Positions 1 through 11,834 of a stretch of 64,000 nucleotides of DNA are shown one piece after another. The stretch comes from Lingula anatina (Eukaryota; Animalia; Brachiopoda), in assembly GCA_051362555.1 (NCBI GenBank), contig CM120645.1:16244001-16308000 (forward strand), written 5' to 3'. Within the stretch, counting starts at the first letter, position 1. Every line of letters begins with the position of its first letter. The notes beneath the pieces are model-generated. The model was not told where the DNA came from and made no database searches. It saw only the letters and a program-made list of their open reading frames with translations. A program made the position numbers and the translations under genes.

Positions 1-237
1 ATCGATCTAGCCCCGTAGGGAGTCTCACTAGATTACTGTCAGATAATCCGGCTTAAATGTCCGTCCCGCCTACTACAAGCTGTAAGGGGGTAATTAACTT
101 TCGTGCCCGCTTGGCTGACAGCTATTTAGCGTGAACCCCCAGGGAGTAAGGTCGATCTAGTTTGGATCGATCTAATCTCTGGGAATGGGGTCTAAGATGC
201 AATGCTCCTTTTTGAAATAACCCTTTGATGTCATCAG

Positions 238-480
238 GTAACAGCTAAAGATGAAATTCGACTTGCTGATGTTGGGCTGACAAAACTGCAGAGTGACATC
301 ACTGGTACACAATGTGGAACATTGGTTTATATGGCACCAGAAATCCTGAGGAAGGAAAAGTACGGGGCACCTGCAGATATGTACACTGTTGGGGTCATGA
401 TTTGGGAAATGTGGTACGGAAAACGCATCTACAACCTACCTTGCTTCGAGAGCTTTGAAAATATATCAGATATTTTGGAG
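238..480 (+). CDS. Penultimate exon of a protein kinase gene (DSTYK-like invertebrate family); gene starts upstream of the window
   Basis: cag|GTA acceptor and GAG|gtgagt donor, 81 codons, phase 0/0. Translation VTAKDEIRLADVGLTK...GTQCGTLVYMAPEIL...ADMYTVGVMIWEMW covers kinase subdomains VII-IX (DVG at the DFG position, APE intact). Confidence 0.9.
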
Positions 481-1549
481 GTGAGTTATGAAATTATTAC
501 ACAGAATGAGTAGATGTTAATTCAGTGCAAACTGAATATCATTCAAAAAAAGTATATCGACTAAAACCATTTACATCATAAAATTCATCGTACAAAAGGG
601 GGAAATGTTCTCACTCGGGTTTAAGAGTCGGTATCTACTGGAAGCCACCTTTACAATGTAATATATTGGGCAGAGATGGTAATATCCTTATTCTGAATCT
701 CATGGTGACTACCGTCAATGTATTCATTTACAAGTGCATGGATTTTGCCAGATTTTGTGGATTTTTAGTCTTCGTTTGATCGTTTTATTTCATATGGTCT
801 AAATGAGAAATGAAAAGTGAGCGATAAGAAAACGCAAGCTAAGTTTTCAAGCACTTCAGTTTTACAACCTTCACTCATTCATTTAAATATTTGGGTTTCA
901 AATACATGGATTTACCCTTCTCAATCTTCCATAGGCCAATAAACCATTTTAACCCAATATTGATCCACACTAAAAAAACTTGTCTAAACTGAAGCACGAA
1001 AAAAAATTAATCGGGATTAAGAAAGCCATGATTGTAAACCATCATTATTAGTATCCTCTACCAGGGCCACAGATTGATTTTGCACACGGTATTCACAGAT
1101 AAGTTTTAAGATAAATAGACGGCTATTTTACTATCTCTGACTCTGCCCTGAAACCGCCAGGTTAATTACATGACTGGTAATTCTATGCATAACAGCTCAG
1201 GCACTGCCACTTAACGGGCCCAAGCCAAGTCCCCTTGACAGCAATCTAGACAGTTAATTGCTCAGATTTTAATCACTTTTTTTTTGACAAATAAATATAA
1301 CCCCTAAATGGCTTGTTACTAAAGATACTTACTAAAATTTCCTGCAGTAGCTCCCCACAGAGTGGGCACAATGTCATCTTTGCGCATGCATATTTAATTG
1401 CTTCCGTCTGGCCAAAAGTTACAGGGAGGCTTTTGGAAATTTTGCCCTTAATATCTGCCACCCTGCTAGAAGATAATAATTTAACACATTTTCCCATTGT
1501 TAATATTTTATATTGTGAGGAAAGGTTAAACGTTTATTTTCATTTCCAG

Positions 1550-1717
1550 CTTGATTGGGCATCACTTATTACCCTTGAGGGTTTTACACCGCCGCCTCCT
1601 ATATGGTGCAAGAATTTAGAAAAACTGCTTTCCCCCACACCATCTGAAAGACCAACCGCAAGCAAAATGGAGAAATTCCTCGAAGAGGAAACCCGCAAAA
1701 GATTCCATTATAAGTAA
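1550..1717 (+). CDS. Last coding exon of the plus-strand kinase gene (subdomains X-XI)
   Basis: ttttcatttccag|CTT acceptor, in frame with the previous exon. LDWASLITLEG...WCKNLEKLLSPTPSERPTASKM contains the subdomain XI Arg and ends in TAA. Confidence 0.85.
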   Translation, partial: LDWASLITLEGFTPPPPIWCKNLEKLLSPTPSERPTASKMEKFLEEETRKRFHYK

Positions 1718-1916
1718 TTTCCAGAAGATTGTGGATGAAATAGTATATTATAAATTTTAATTTTTCGTGGTTATAGTTGGTTGTTGGCACTGTTTTTAAT
1801 GTGAAAAGTAGACATTGCTATGTCGTAGTAGTACCGTTACAGGAAACGACAGTTGTTCAGGGATCTGAAGGACGAAAGGACTGAGGTTAATGTTTTGGAG
1901 GGGAGAGGAGGAAGTT

Positions 1917-4530
1917 GAATGTATCGTCGACATAAAGATATTGTGCGTAGCGGGCGCGCGCATACACACACTGGCAACAGTAATTGTTTTGATTGATATA
2001 CTGCAATATTTTAAGAGGTTCATTATTTTTATGCTTGAATTTAAAAATATGTCATGAATTTAAAAGCGCATTTTACTCAAAATTTATTTTTAAAAAGCTA
2101 CAATATGTCAATCAATATATGATAAAGTTTCTATTCGTTTATTGCATGATATAATATCCTTCATTTTATTACCTAAAGCATGTGATAGGTGGCAGGAGTG
2201 ATAGATGTTCTGTCGAACACACCAAATATACTAACATCCCACATTGTTTTTTGTTTGAATCAGATGTATTGGGCTATGTAAGTTGTAAGGTGTTTTTGAA
2301 ATTTTCTTAAAATTATTCTTCAACTTCTTAAAGGTTACAAAAATTCTCTGTTATTCAGAAATTTACATTCTAATCACCAGGTTCATTGGATATTTTTTGT
2401 GCAGAAAATTATTAAATTATGAGTCATATATCGGTTTTTAATGAACAGAAATTCATAACCAGTAGGAGGTTAACTGTTGCAGAGTATTATTTTTTCAAAA
2501 AAAAAAAAATTTTTTTTGATGAAAATTGCTGAATTTGTTTTGAATTTTTTAATTTATCTTGCACCATTTAACTAACCTAGATGTCATATTTCTGTTCCTT
2601 TGAATAACTTTTAGTTAAACCGATGCATACATATACATGCTATCTTTGATGCCTAGTATTGCCAGTTTTGAAAATTAAGGATATGCATGTGAATGTATCG
2701 TAGACATAAAGATATTGTTTGTAGATGGCACTAGGACACACACACAACAGTAATTGTTTGGGTACGAATCCATACTGTTGACATGGAAATATTTTCAGTA
2801 ATCGGTTCATTCTTTTATGCTAGATTTTATTTATATAACTTATTGATTTTAAAGTGCTTTTCCTTAAAATTTATAAAAAGTGACAGTTTATCGATCTATG
2901 AGAGATTTTTTCCACGTGTATCGCATGATATATGATATCTTTAGAATCTATTTTATTATCTATATGTGATTGGTGGCAGGAGTGATAGATGTTCTCTAAA
3001 ACACACCGAACATAATAACAGCCAAGACGTTGTTTCTTATCTAAATCTGATACATTGCACATGTAGGCCTACCTTGTAAGGTTTTTTCCAATTTTCCAAA
3101 AAAATATATTTCATCTTCTTAAAAGTTACTAGTCGTCTCTTTTATTAAAATATATATAAATTGCAATCACCAGGGGCCGGTTTCACAAAGCAGTAGTTAG
3201 TTAGCGATCGGTAGTTAGCCCCTCGCTAGTTATGAGTGCCGTTTCACGAAGCAATCGCTAGTTCTCTCGCTCGTTATTGTCTCGTTGTTGCCTTGGATAT
3301 TTAACGACTGGTCAGACCAGTCGCTAACTCTAGAGTTTCATCGTACGCATGCGTAATGAGTGAAATAAAAAGGTTGCTTAGTTATCGTTGTCTGTCGTTT
3401 GTCTTTGTATCCAATTATGGCGGCTACCTTTCTTGCTACAATCGGCAATCCTCGGCTCATTCCGCAAGCTCCATACTAACCTCGGATGTGATAGGCGGAG
3501 AAATATGCACCAAATCCATGCATTTTGTCCGCCGGAAATGCCTTCTCACTCAATTCGATTATCCCGCTCATAAAGATGGCTGTCAATACCCCTGATTTTT
3601 ATGATGCTTTACAGTTTGCCAAACAATGCACTAAGATTGACTTTGATTTAAAAGATAAATAGATACAGGCGTTGAAAGAATTAGGTTTAAATTAGCGCGA
3701 GGTTGAAAGTAGTTCCTTCCCAACAATCAACAATCAAATATGGCTGCCTCCGTATTACGTCCGAGGTTATTGTCGAGTGCGGAGACATCCGAGTAGTTCC
3801 GAGTGTTCTTGCTATCCGTACCGCCAGACGGCAACGTAGACTACGACGTTTTCATGAAAGGCAGAATCTATTATAATATACATACGATGATGCAATTTAC
3901 GAGAGGTTGCGCTTAGCTGTGACAAAAAGAGCGGCAAAAAGGTGGTGGAGATCCTTTACGACGACCTCAAAGCAGACGTTCTTATGCATTTCCAGAAACC
4001 AAAAATTGGAGAGTTAGTGCTTTCGTGACACATTTACGCAAGAGTTCCACTTCCGGCAGATGGTTTCGAGACTACGGTGAGTAACGAGAGAACTAGCGAC
4101 CGAACTTTACGACTGAACTTAGCGATAAGTTAACTGCTGCATCGTGAAACACCCCTCGAAAATCGCTAAGTTTGCTCGTTAGCGAGGTAGTTCAGTAGTT
4201 AGTTGTTCTAACTAACTACTGCTTTGTGAAACCGGCCCCAGGTAGGGGCCTACATTCGGCATTTTTTTGTGCAGATAATGATTAAATGTTTAGGCCTAAT
4301 CCCATATCGTGTTTTTAATGAAAAGAAATTCAAAACTATTAGGAGGTTCACTGTTGCACAATATGCTTTTTGAAAAAATCATTCATTCGTCATTTTGTTT
4401 ATGAAAATAACTGATTTTTTAGAATTAATTTTTTTACCATTCAACTAACATACAGTAGATGTTATTTATTCTGTTTCTAAATGCATCTATATATGTTATC
4501 TTTGATGCCTAGTATTGCCAGCATTTGAAA
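1917..4530. repeat. Diverged ~775-bp tandem duplication downstream of the kinase stop; second copy interrupted by a MITE
   Basis: gaatgtatcgt(c/a)gacataaagatattgt at 1917 and 2691. Both copies end with tctttgatgcctagtattgccag (2643 and 4499). Confidence 0.8.
3174..4238. mobile_element. Non-autonomous PIF/Harbinger-type element (MITE) with CAG target duplication
   Basis: TIR gggccggtttcacaaagcagtagttagttag / ctaactaactactgctttgtgaaaccggccc. CAG at 3171-3173 and 4239-4241. The empty site atcaccagg is present in the first copy of the duplication (~2373). Confidence 0.85.
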
Positions 4531-7500
4531 ATTAGCTCTATGTCAGTGGTTGTCTGAATTTTTTGTCAAGTCACCATTATCATTGACTGAAGTGGTAAAG
4601 TCAAAGTTAGTCTAATTAGTAACTGAAATGTTTATAGCTGGCTGTTTGGACACTTTGTTATTTTAGCACTGTTAGTTTGGAGACTTAGGTGGTTTTTCAC
4701 ATTTTTAAATTTTTATTTATGCTGAGGTGATCACGCTGTGCACTTTTAAAATTAAATGTAACGCTTCTGTATGAACTTGTATCTTGATTTCACAACAACA
4801 CTGACCATGAAATCCAATTAATTAAATGTTAAATTACAGAGATGCAACGATGATTCTGATTATCTTAACAGGAATGTTGGAAACAAAATAACTATAGGCT
4901 TACTATTCTAACAAACGACAGCTTCGGGAAACGGGCCCCAGGTTATGAACAAATTCAGTATTAACAAGTAAAAAATTTAAGCTTTAACTACAGTTAAGGA
5001 CTCATCAACCCCAACCCCCATGTATTTTTAAGAAATTGTACCACGTAACTTTAAGTATCATCCCCTCCTTCAAGATAAGTGCCAGTTTCTCCCGTAAGTT
5101 GGACTGACATTATGGCTGCCACATTCACAGTTAAAATTCCGAGTAATCAATTCAAAAACAAAGAACTATTTTTTAATCAAAAAGTGCACTAAATAATTTC
5201 AGTACTGGCTAGCAGACTCGTGTGATTGTCACTTTCCATTTCATCAAGTCTCACATGCTTCAGGAAGGTTCAGGGAATTTGATATTTTGTTTGTAACATT
5301 ACAGCAACAGGTACAGGCATCACTGCCTAATTTCCATTATTACATGAAACAATACATAACACATAAAACATAACACGGTAAAAATAAAAAACAGGGCATA
5401 ATGCCGTAAGAAACAAAAAGCAAACCTTTTCGTATTCTTAGAAAAAAAGCATTTAAAAAGCAGTAGAAAACATTGTGCACTCTCACACTTTAACAGGAAT
5501 AAATACCAAACCATGGGCACTTTTATCTGTGCACTGTAATGGTCCCAATAGCCCTGCCCATATCATTAAAATGTGTTATAAGGTACCATTCATAATTTTC
5601 TTACATTTAACATTTAATTCTTAGTCATTTCACTTGAACTAAAATAATACTGTTTAACTTAATCCGGTATTCAAAACTGACATAAGCTATCATGTCTGCA
5701 AAAGGACAGCACATGCAGTAACTTTCAAGTCTGTTATCCATCCAAAAAACCTCAAGATAAGCATAGCCCGTGGATAAGTAAAAAATCTAGGCCCTGTTTC
5801 ACACAATATCTAAAAAAGTGAAACTTGGTCTCAACTTCCTGGCCAATACTTTTTATTTGACCCAAGATAAAATCAGTAGTAGTCCAATGAATTAAATATT
5901 TTATCTGGTAAATATTCCCCAAACACCTTGTTATTGTACAGAATATATATATGAAAAGCTACCAGCAATGTTTCTTTCTCGGCTAGTTCATCTTTACGAT
6001 CTGCAATCCAGTCATTTTGCTTTGTGAAGGTATTCTGCCGTGACTTGATAACCTGATCTTTGTAAAAGTTCACTCTGTAGTGCATCAATGGCAGACGGGT
6101 GCCAGACAGAAGCAGAATCTGTTAACAGATACATGTATATTGTTAAGCCTACAGAAAACAAGTTCTAACATGTGTACTAAATTTTTTGTTATAAATTTTC
6201 ATAATCCATAAAAATATTTATGCTTCAGAATACTGAAAAAATTATTCGTTGTAATACCTAAACAATCAAAATTCAAAATTCGGTGTTGAAATTTTTCTAA
6301 GCATTTTGGCAAATTTTAATTGATGACATAGTGAAATGCAGTATGCATACATATCAAAATGTTAGACTACCAGCTGATTGACCCAATGTCAAAATGATAC
6401 TTGCTAGTCATGAGCTATCGTGAAAAATAATACAAATATACTTCATGTTTTCAACTGCCTTTTCCTTATTGGTGACATTGATGATTTAAATCAATATTAA
6501 AATGAAAATGATGAAAAACCATGATATGCCACCGTGTGTGACTTTAAGCTTACCCCCTCCTGTACCTCATGTACCCTCACCCCCCCCCCCCCCCCCTCAG
6601 AGAATTTTCTGTCATAAAAAAAATCATAAATATTTCAGATAGCCACTACATGTACCTATTTTATCGTTAGTAATATCAAATTATCATCATCAGGCCGTCT
6701 TTCGTTACCAAAGATTACTGGGTTGAGCTAGAGGCCTTGCACAAGCATCTTGTGGGATGTGAGACCCGCTTGGGATTTGCAGAAATGCTGAGATCTTTTG
6801 CATAGGAAATTGCTTGAACTAGCAATGAGCACGTTGGTATTTGGCTGACAAAGCCTTTCCAAGAACAATGATACAACCTACACCTAACAAACGTAGATAT
6901 TCTTTAAAATACAGTTATAGGTCTAGTGCTCATGCCACACATCAGATTAATCTTGAAACTTTTAAATACACTTAATTTTACCTTTCGAACTTTACGAACT
7001 TCTTTCACAAGTTTTATCGCCCAGGGGGTTCCCTCTTCACAAAGCCTCATAGACTTTTAAACTTGAGAACTTACAATGCAATGCAATGCCAATCTATTGT
7101 TTTGATTTCAAAATGAATGTTACAATTCATCCAGTTGTGTTTTAAACTTAATTAAAGAAAAAAATTAAGCTGATACTGGATCACCTGGGGACCTTTTAAG
7201 AAGGTCGAAATGTAGTGTATCGGATTAAATATTCCCTTTACTTTAACTATTATTTGGATGTTCTCGCAGCTAAAAGAACTTGGCAAAAGAAGAAAGATAT
7301 CAATTTTTTATGGATAAGCAGGCCCGGGAGAAGGTCCGCTTTTTCAGCTGGGTCAGTTTGTGTATATTTTAACGTAAACTGATTAAGTCTACGTTTAAAA
7401 ACAATTAATACAGACAATGACCGATTTAAAATGATCGGTAACTCGGTTACATTTGAAACAAGCTTCGTCCCATGACAACATTAACATACATAGTGCTCAG

Positions 7501-8139
7501 GACGGCACTCAAATAGGGACCCAGTGTGGTTTTGTCTTAGGCATTTTCTCCTTGTTGTTTACTGCAATCACTACCCTACATCAATGGAAATAAAAAGGCA
7601 ATTATGAGATGGGGCATGTGCGTGAATGAACTTACCTAACGTTCTAACGAAAGGAAAGAGAGAAATGTCTGATCCATTGCAGAAGACAAGTACAGCCCAG
7701 TGTCATCAGATTCCACAGATTCATTATGCTGTCATCATATTCTACAGACTACGCATTACAAACGCTGGATTCGTTTCTGCTGTAACACAGCACAGATTTC
7801 GTATTCTATTTGCCACTTACCGTCGAATTCACCGTCTTTGTATGCTAGCAGAGAGGTAAAATAATGATTACATAAATGTAACTATGACGATCTTCCTTTG
7901 CTGTTTTGAGTATACATGTACATTGTAATTTTCATAACACCATTGAATATAGCAAAAACAATTCTGATGCTTAGAAATCAGTGTCGTGTTTTGAAAAGAC
8001 TATTCTGGCAACCAAAAAATAGTGTCGTTTTTTTAAGAGCCTGACAACTTGAAACAAGGGCGTCTTTTATCAAAAACGATTCTGTACACTGATGTTTTAA
8101 TAAAATGGATTTTACAGTCAATGACATGACAATGAGCCA

Positions 8140-8620
8140 GAAAGTGAAGTTCATTCCTCGGTATACTGAAAATGCAACTTCTGTTCACTCATCAAGCCAG
8201 GGGCAGCAACCTTAATACCTGTGCAGCAAATAATTATTTTAGAGTGACTAAATAATGAAAACGATTCAGGCACACAAGTTCTGTTATTTTCCCTTGATGG
8301 AACAGTTTTAAGGAGTCATAGCATCGTGCAGAGTACATGGACAAATGTCAATATGGTACCGTATTTCTGACAGTACTACCTTACTTTCGTAAGTGTTATA
8401 AAAATTCGACCTTCCAACAAAATCTTTATTATTTTCCCAACCATAATAATAGCTCATATCACTGGAGAACCGCCTTACATAATTTTACAGCAGTAGAGTA
8501 TATATTTCTATTTGTAAGGCCGGTCTCCAGGCAAATTACCTCATCTTTCAACGATAATACGAGTAAACTTCTCTTTTTAAGTCTTCAAATCCTTTAATGC
8601 CTTTTTTTATTTGACAAATA
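8140..8620 (-). pseudogene. Degenerate ISL2EU-type (PHIS superfamily) transposase relic
   Basis: Broken minus-strand frames read ETGL..., TVPSRENNRTCVPESFSLFSHSKIIICCTGIKVA and FSVYRGMNF. These resemble the ISL2EU PS-x-P-x-F-x-RIILDCTEI and YSxYxGxN segments. Many stops and frameshifts. Confidence 0.5.
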
Positions 8621-11414
8621 ACTTCCTGAGGTGGTGTTTCTGAAATGCGTGCTGCAGAAATCGAGCCGCAGAGTGCTTTGCCAGGTCAGCCCGATTCAGA
8701 TCAGATTCACGATTTATTGTAGATAGTATATACACATCCAACATGTAAGACTTACATCAAACACTTTTTGCTTTGTAGAAGCACTGTTAGGTTTAAAATT
8801 GATAATGGCTCTCAAGTGAATAATTAACTGAAACATGTATTTGACTCCATTAATCATGTAGCCGACCTGTAACCCAAAAGTAAGAATGGTCAGTTATAAG
8901 AAAACTCAGTGAAATCTATACGTCAAAGTGACACATTTTATAAAACATTTGTTGAAAAATAAGGAAACAGTTACTAAAATTGGCCTGCTGTGTTACTTAC
9001 AACACGCTAATAATCGATTTTCAAGTCAGACTTTGTGTGCAGTTCGATTGTACAGCTCCTCTTTGTGATCTTAAGGTTATCGTCACCCTTTGCCCCAAAC
9101 TCCTTAATTACTGCCTTGCATACATTCTTTTGGGTAATAAATGAATCATCGGTGTCCAGTGCCTAAATTAAGTGACATTTACACATATGTCATATAACAG
9201 GTGACGTAATAATCACGATTTGGGGGTAAAAACTGAAAAATTGGTTTCTCAAATTTATCTTAAACCTGAGCACCAACGATCACCGTTTTAACGCCATTTT
9301 AATGACACTATTTAGTACTGCAAACCCTGCTAGCGATTTTTCATAGAATTCTTAGTTCAGATTTTATCGTTGATAAAGAAAAACAATGCCTTTGTTTAAC
9401 GCAAATCTGTAAATGGGGACTCATAACCCATAACAAAAACATGTTAACCAAACTGACGGCACAGAATTGTAGTCTGGACAACTTCGTTCTTCAACAGTGG
9501 CCACAGTAAACAGATAACATGCCATTTTTATTCATTTATTTATTTATTTCAGTTTGTTTAAATCGAAGATAATAACGCACCATAGGGTTTTCTTCACGCA
9601 CCGCTCAGATCGCAGTGTTTAAACGAATTGTCGCCTTGTCACAGACTACGTGGAAATGTGCAATTTTATAATTTCGCTGTCCTTGAGCGATACTGGCTAT
9701 AGGAACCACTAAAGAAGTTAAATGCGCGTAGGTACTGGGTTTACTTTCATTTTGTGGAGATAAACGTCCATCGTCGGTCGCACCTCATTCCGTCCACTCC
9801 CGATTCTGGTTTCTGAGCGTCAGGACCGTTACATATAGTGTCTGGTTACCACAATCGTTTTGAAAAAAGTAAATGAATTTCTGGGTGCCAGGTTCCTTTT
9901 TCGAAAACCAAATTTTTTTTTTCGACAAACAGGATTTTTTTTTCAATTTTTTTTATGAAAAATTATATAAAACTAAAATTTTACTCCAGACAGAAGTGTT
10001 GCATCGCAGGTCACGCCTTCACCTCTCCTCACCCCCCCCCCTCTCCCTCATACACACAAAGAACACTTCGTCAAAAACGACACTAGCTTCTCAGTGACAG
10101 AGTGTTTTTTTCAATTGTATTTAATCAAACTTAGCACCCCACACCCACCCAGCAAAACGAGTCACCCAAGGCCAGTTAATCCTCGACCACCGACCTTAGA
10201 CAACGTTCGGCAGCGATCTAAGCCAGTCCAAACGACAAAAAGAGACCGTGATACCGTAGGCACCGATTTCACCTCCCAGCACGGCGGTTGCCCCTGACCC
10301 CCCCCCCCCCCCCCCACACACACATACACACCCAAATGATTCTAGCAACTAAGCATAGTAATATGTAAATTTTCCACGCTCCAGTAGAAAGGAAGAACGT
10401 ATACTGTTTTGTTACCAAAATGTTTATTCCTGCAGCCTTAATTTACAATTACAATAACTCTTATCATGTCACATTCCCATACATCGATGCATCAAAAATT
10501 TTCTCTGGTTTCCCAAAACTTTACATTCTAGTCTTCTCTTCAGTCTACTTTCACTTCTTTGCTAATGGTAGTATGTTTTACGCTTTTACATAATATATTT
10601 TATTATTATTTTCTCCATAAGTATTCATTAAAAGCGAATAATAAGCGCTCAATCAAACTATTTTAATTCTCTTCATCCCAACATAAAAGAATGATTTTAA
10701 TCTTTATGTTACTATTTTTTACTTCTCGTTCGTTGCACTATTTGATTCTTTTATCCCCACACTCTGGCTCATTGAAATAAGACTCGGATCATAGTCGTTG
10801 ACTGTAAAATCAATTTCACTAAAACAACAAAACAATAGTAATTGATTTTCATTACGATGAAAGTGCTAGAATCGTTTTTGAAAAACACCAATAGTTTCGA
10901 ATTGCTAGGTTCCTTCTTTAAATATTTGCAGTGAATATTTTCTTGAGTTAATGAAATTTTTAAAAAACATTTCCCATAAACAAACAAAACATTACATCAT
11001 TGCTGAATATTGCGATTTATATAAGGGTAGGATGTATGCTAATCATATACAATGCACTAAGTCTTAAAGTTGCGTGTCTATCTCCATACGGAACCAAATG
11101 CCATCACTGTACACAAGCTAGCGTAGGTTTCTAGCAGTTAGAGTTTTTCTAGATAAAAACATTATATATGTGTTTCCAAAGAATATTACTGAAAATACGA
11201 ACGTTATTATGTGAAAAATAGTAGTGTACAAGTCAATGGACAAAATCTAGGAAATTAAATCAACAGCTACATTGCATACTCTCTTTAATAAATATCATAT
11301 TTAAAGATCAAAGTACTCTATATTAAATACGTGCCCATTTAATAAAAATATGATTACTTGTTCTGCCGTTCCAGAAAAGGCATTTGTTAACATGTTTGAT
11401 AACAATTAACACCA

Positions 11415-11834
11415 TCACACAGTAATTTCTTTTCGGTTCAGTAAATCCTGTATTCCATGCATCCGATCTTTGCAGTCTTTTATGGCTATTTCCCCGGAGA
11501 GACAAGCCCTCATGGTCTTCTCCCAATATGCCTCCAAGGTCGGATCCATTTTACCACTTTCAAACTTCAGAGGGAACTTGCCCCGCCTGATTCCAGCAGA
11601 AAAGACGCTTACTTCAAGATTTCTGTGAATTTTGTACGCATGTTCATTATGCCATATCTCCCACATCATGAGCCCAAGGGCGTAAATGTTGGCATCTGCA
11701 TCGTAAGGTTTGGTGCCAGCAAGGACGCTGTAGGGTAGATAAACCATAGACCCTATGGGGGAGTTGGGATCTGGGGGTGGCATCGTGACAGGTTTGCTGA
11801 TGTTCACTAACTTCACAGTTGTATCCCTCCCAGC
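11415..11834 (-). CDS. Coding exon 8 (last): pseudokinase C-lobe
   Basis: ttttatag|GCT acceptor. AGRDTTVKLVNISK...GSMVYLPYSVL...ADANIYALGLMMWEIW...TGA. The DFG position reads NIS and the APE position reads PYS. Confidence 0.88.
   Translation of the reverse strand, partial: AGRDTTVKLVNISKPVTMPPPDPNSPIGSMVYLPYSVLAGTKPYDADANIYALGLMMWEIWHNEHAYKIHRNLEVSVFSAGIRRGKFPLKFESGKMDPTLEAYWEKTMRACLSGEIAIKDCKDRMHGIQDLLNRKEITV

Noticed and set aside
1-195. Imperfect palindrome ending gggaatggggtct
   Set aside because: Probably a MITE end cut by the window edge; no partner TIR or TSD is visible.
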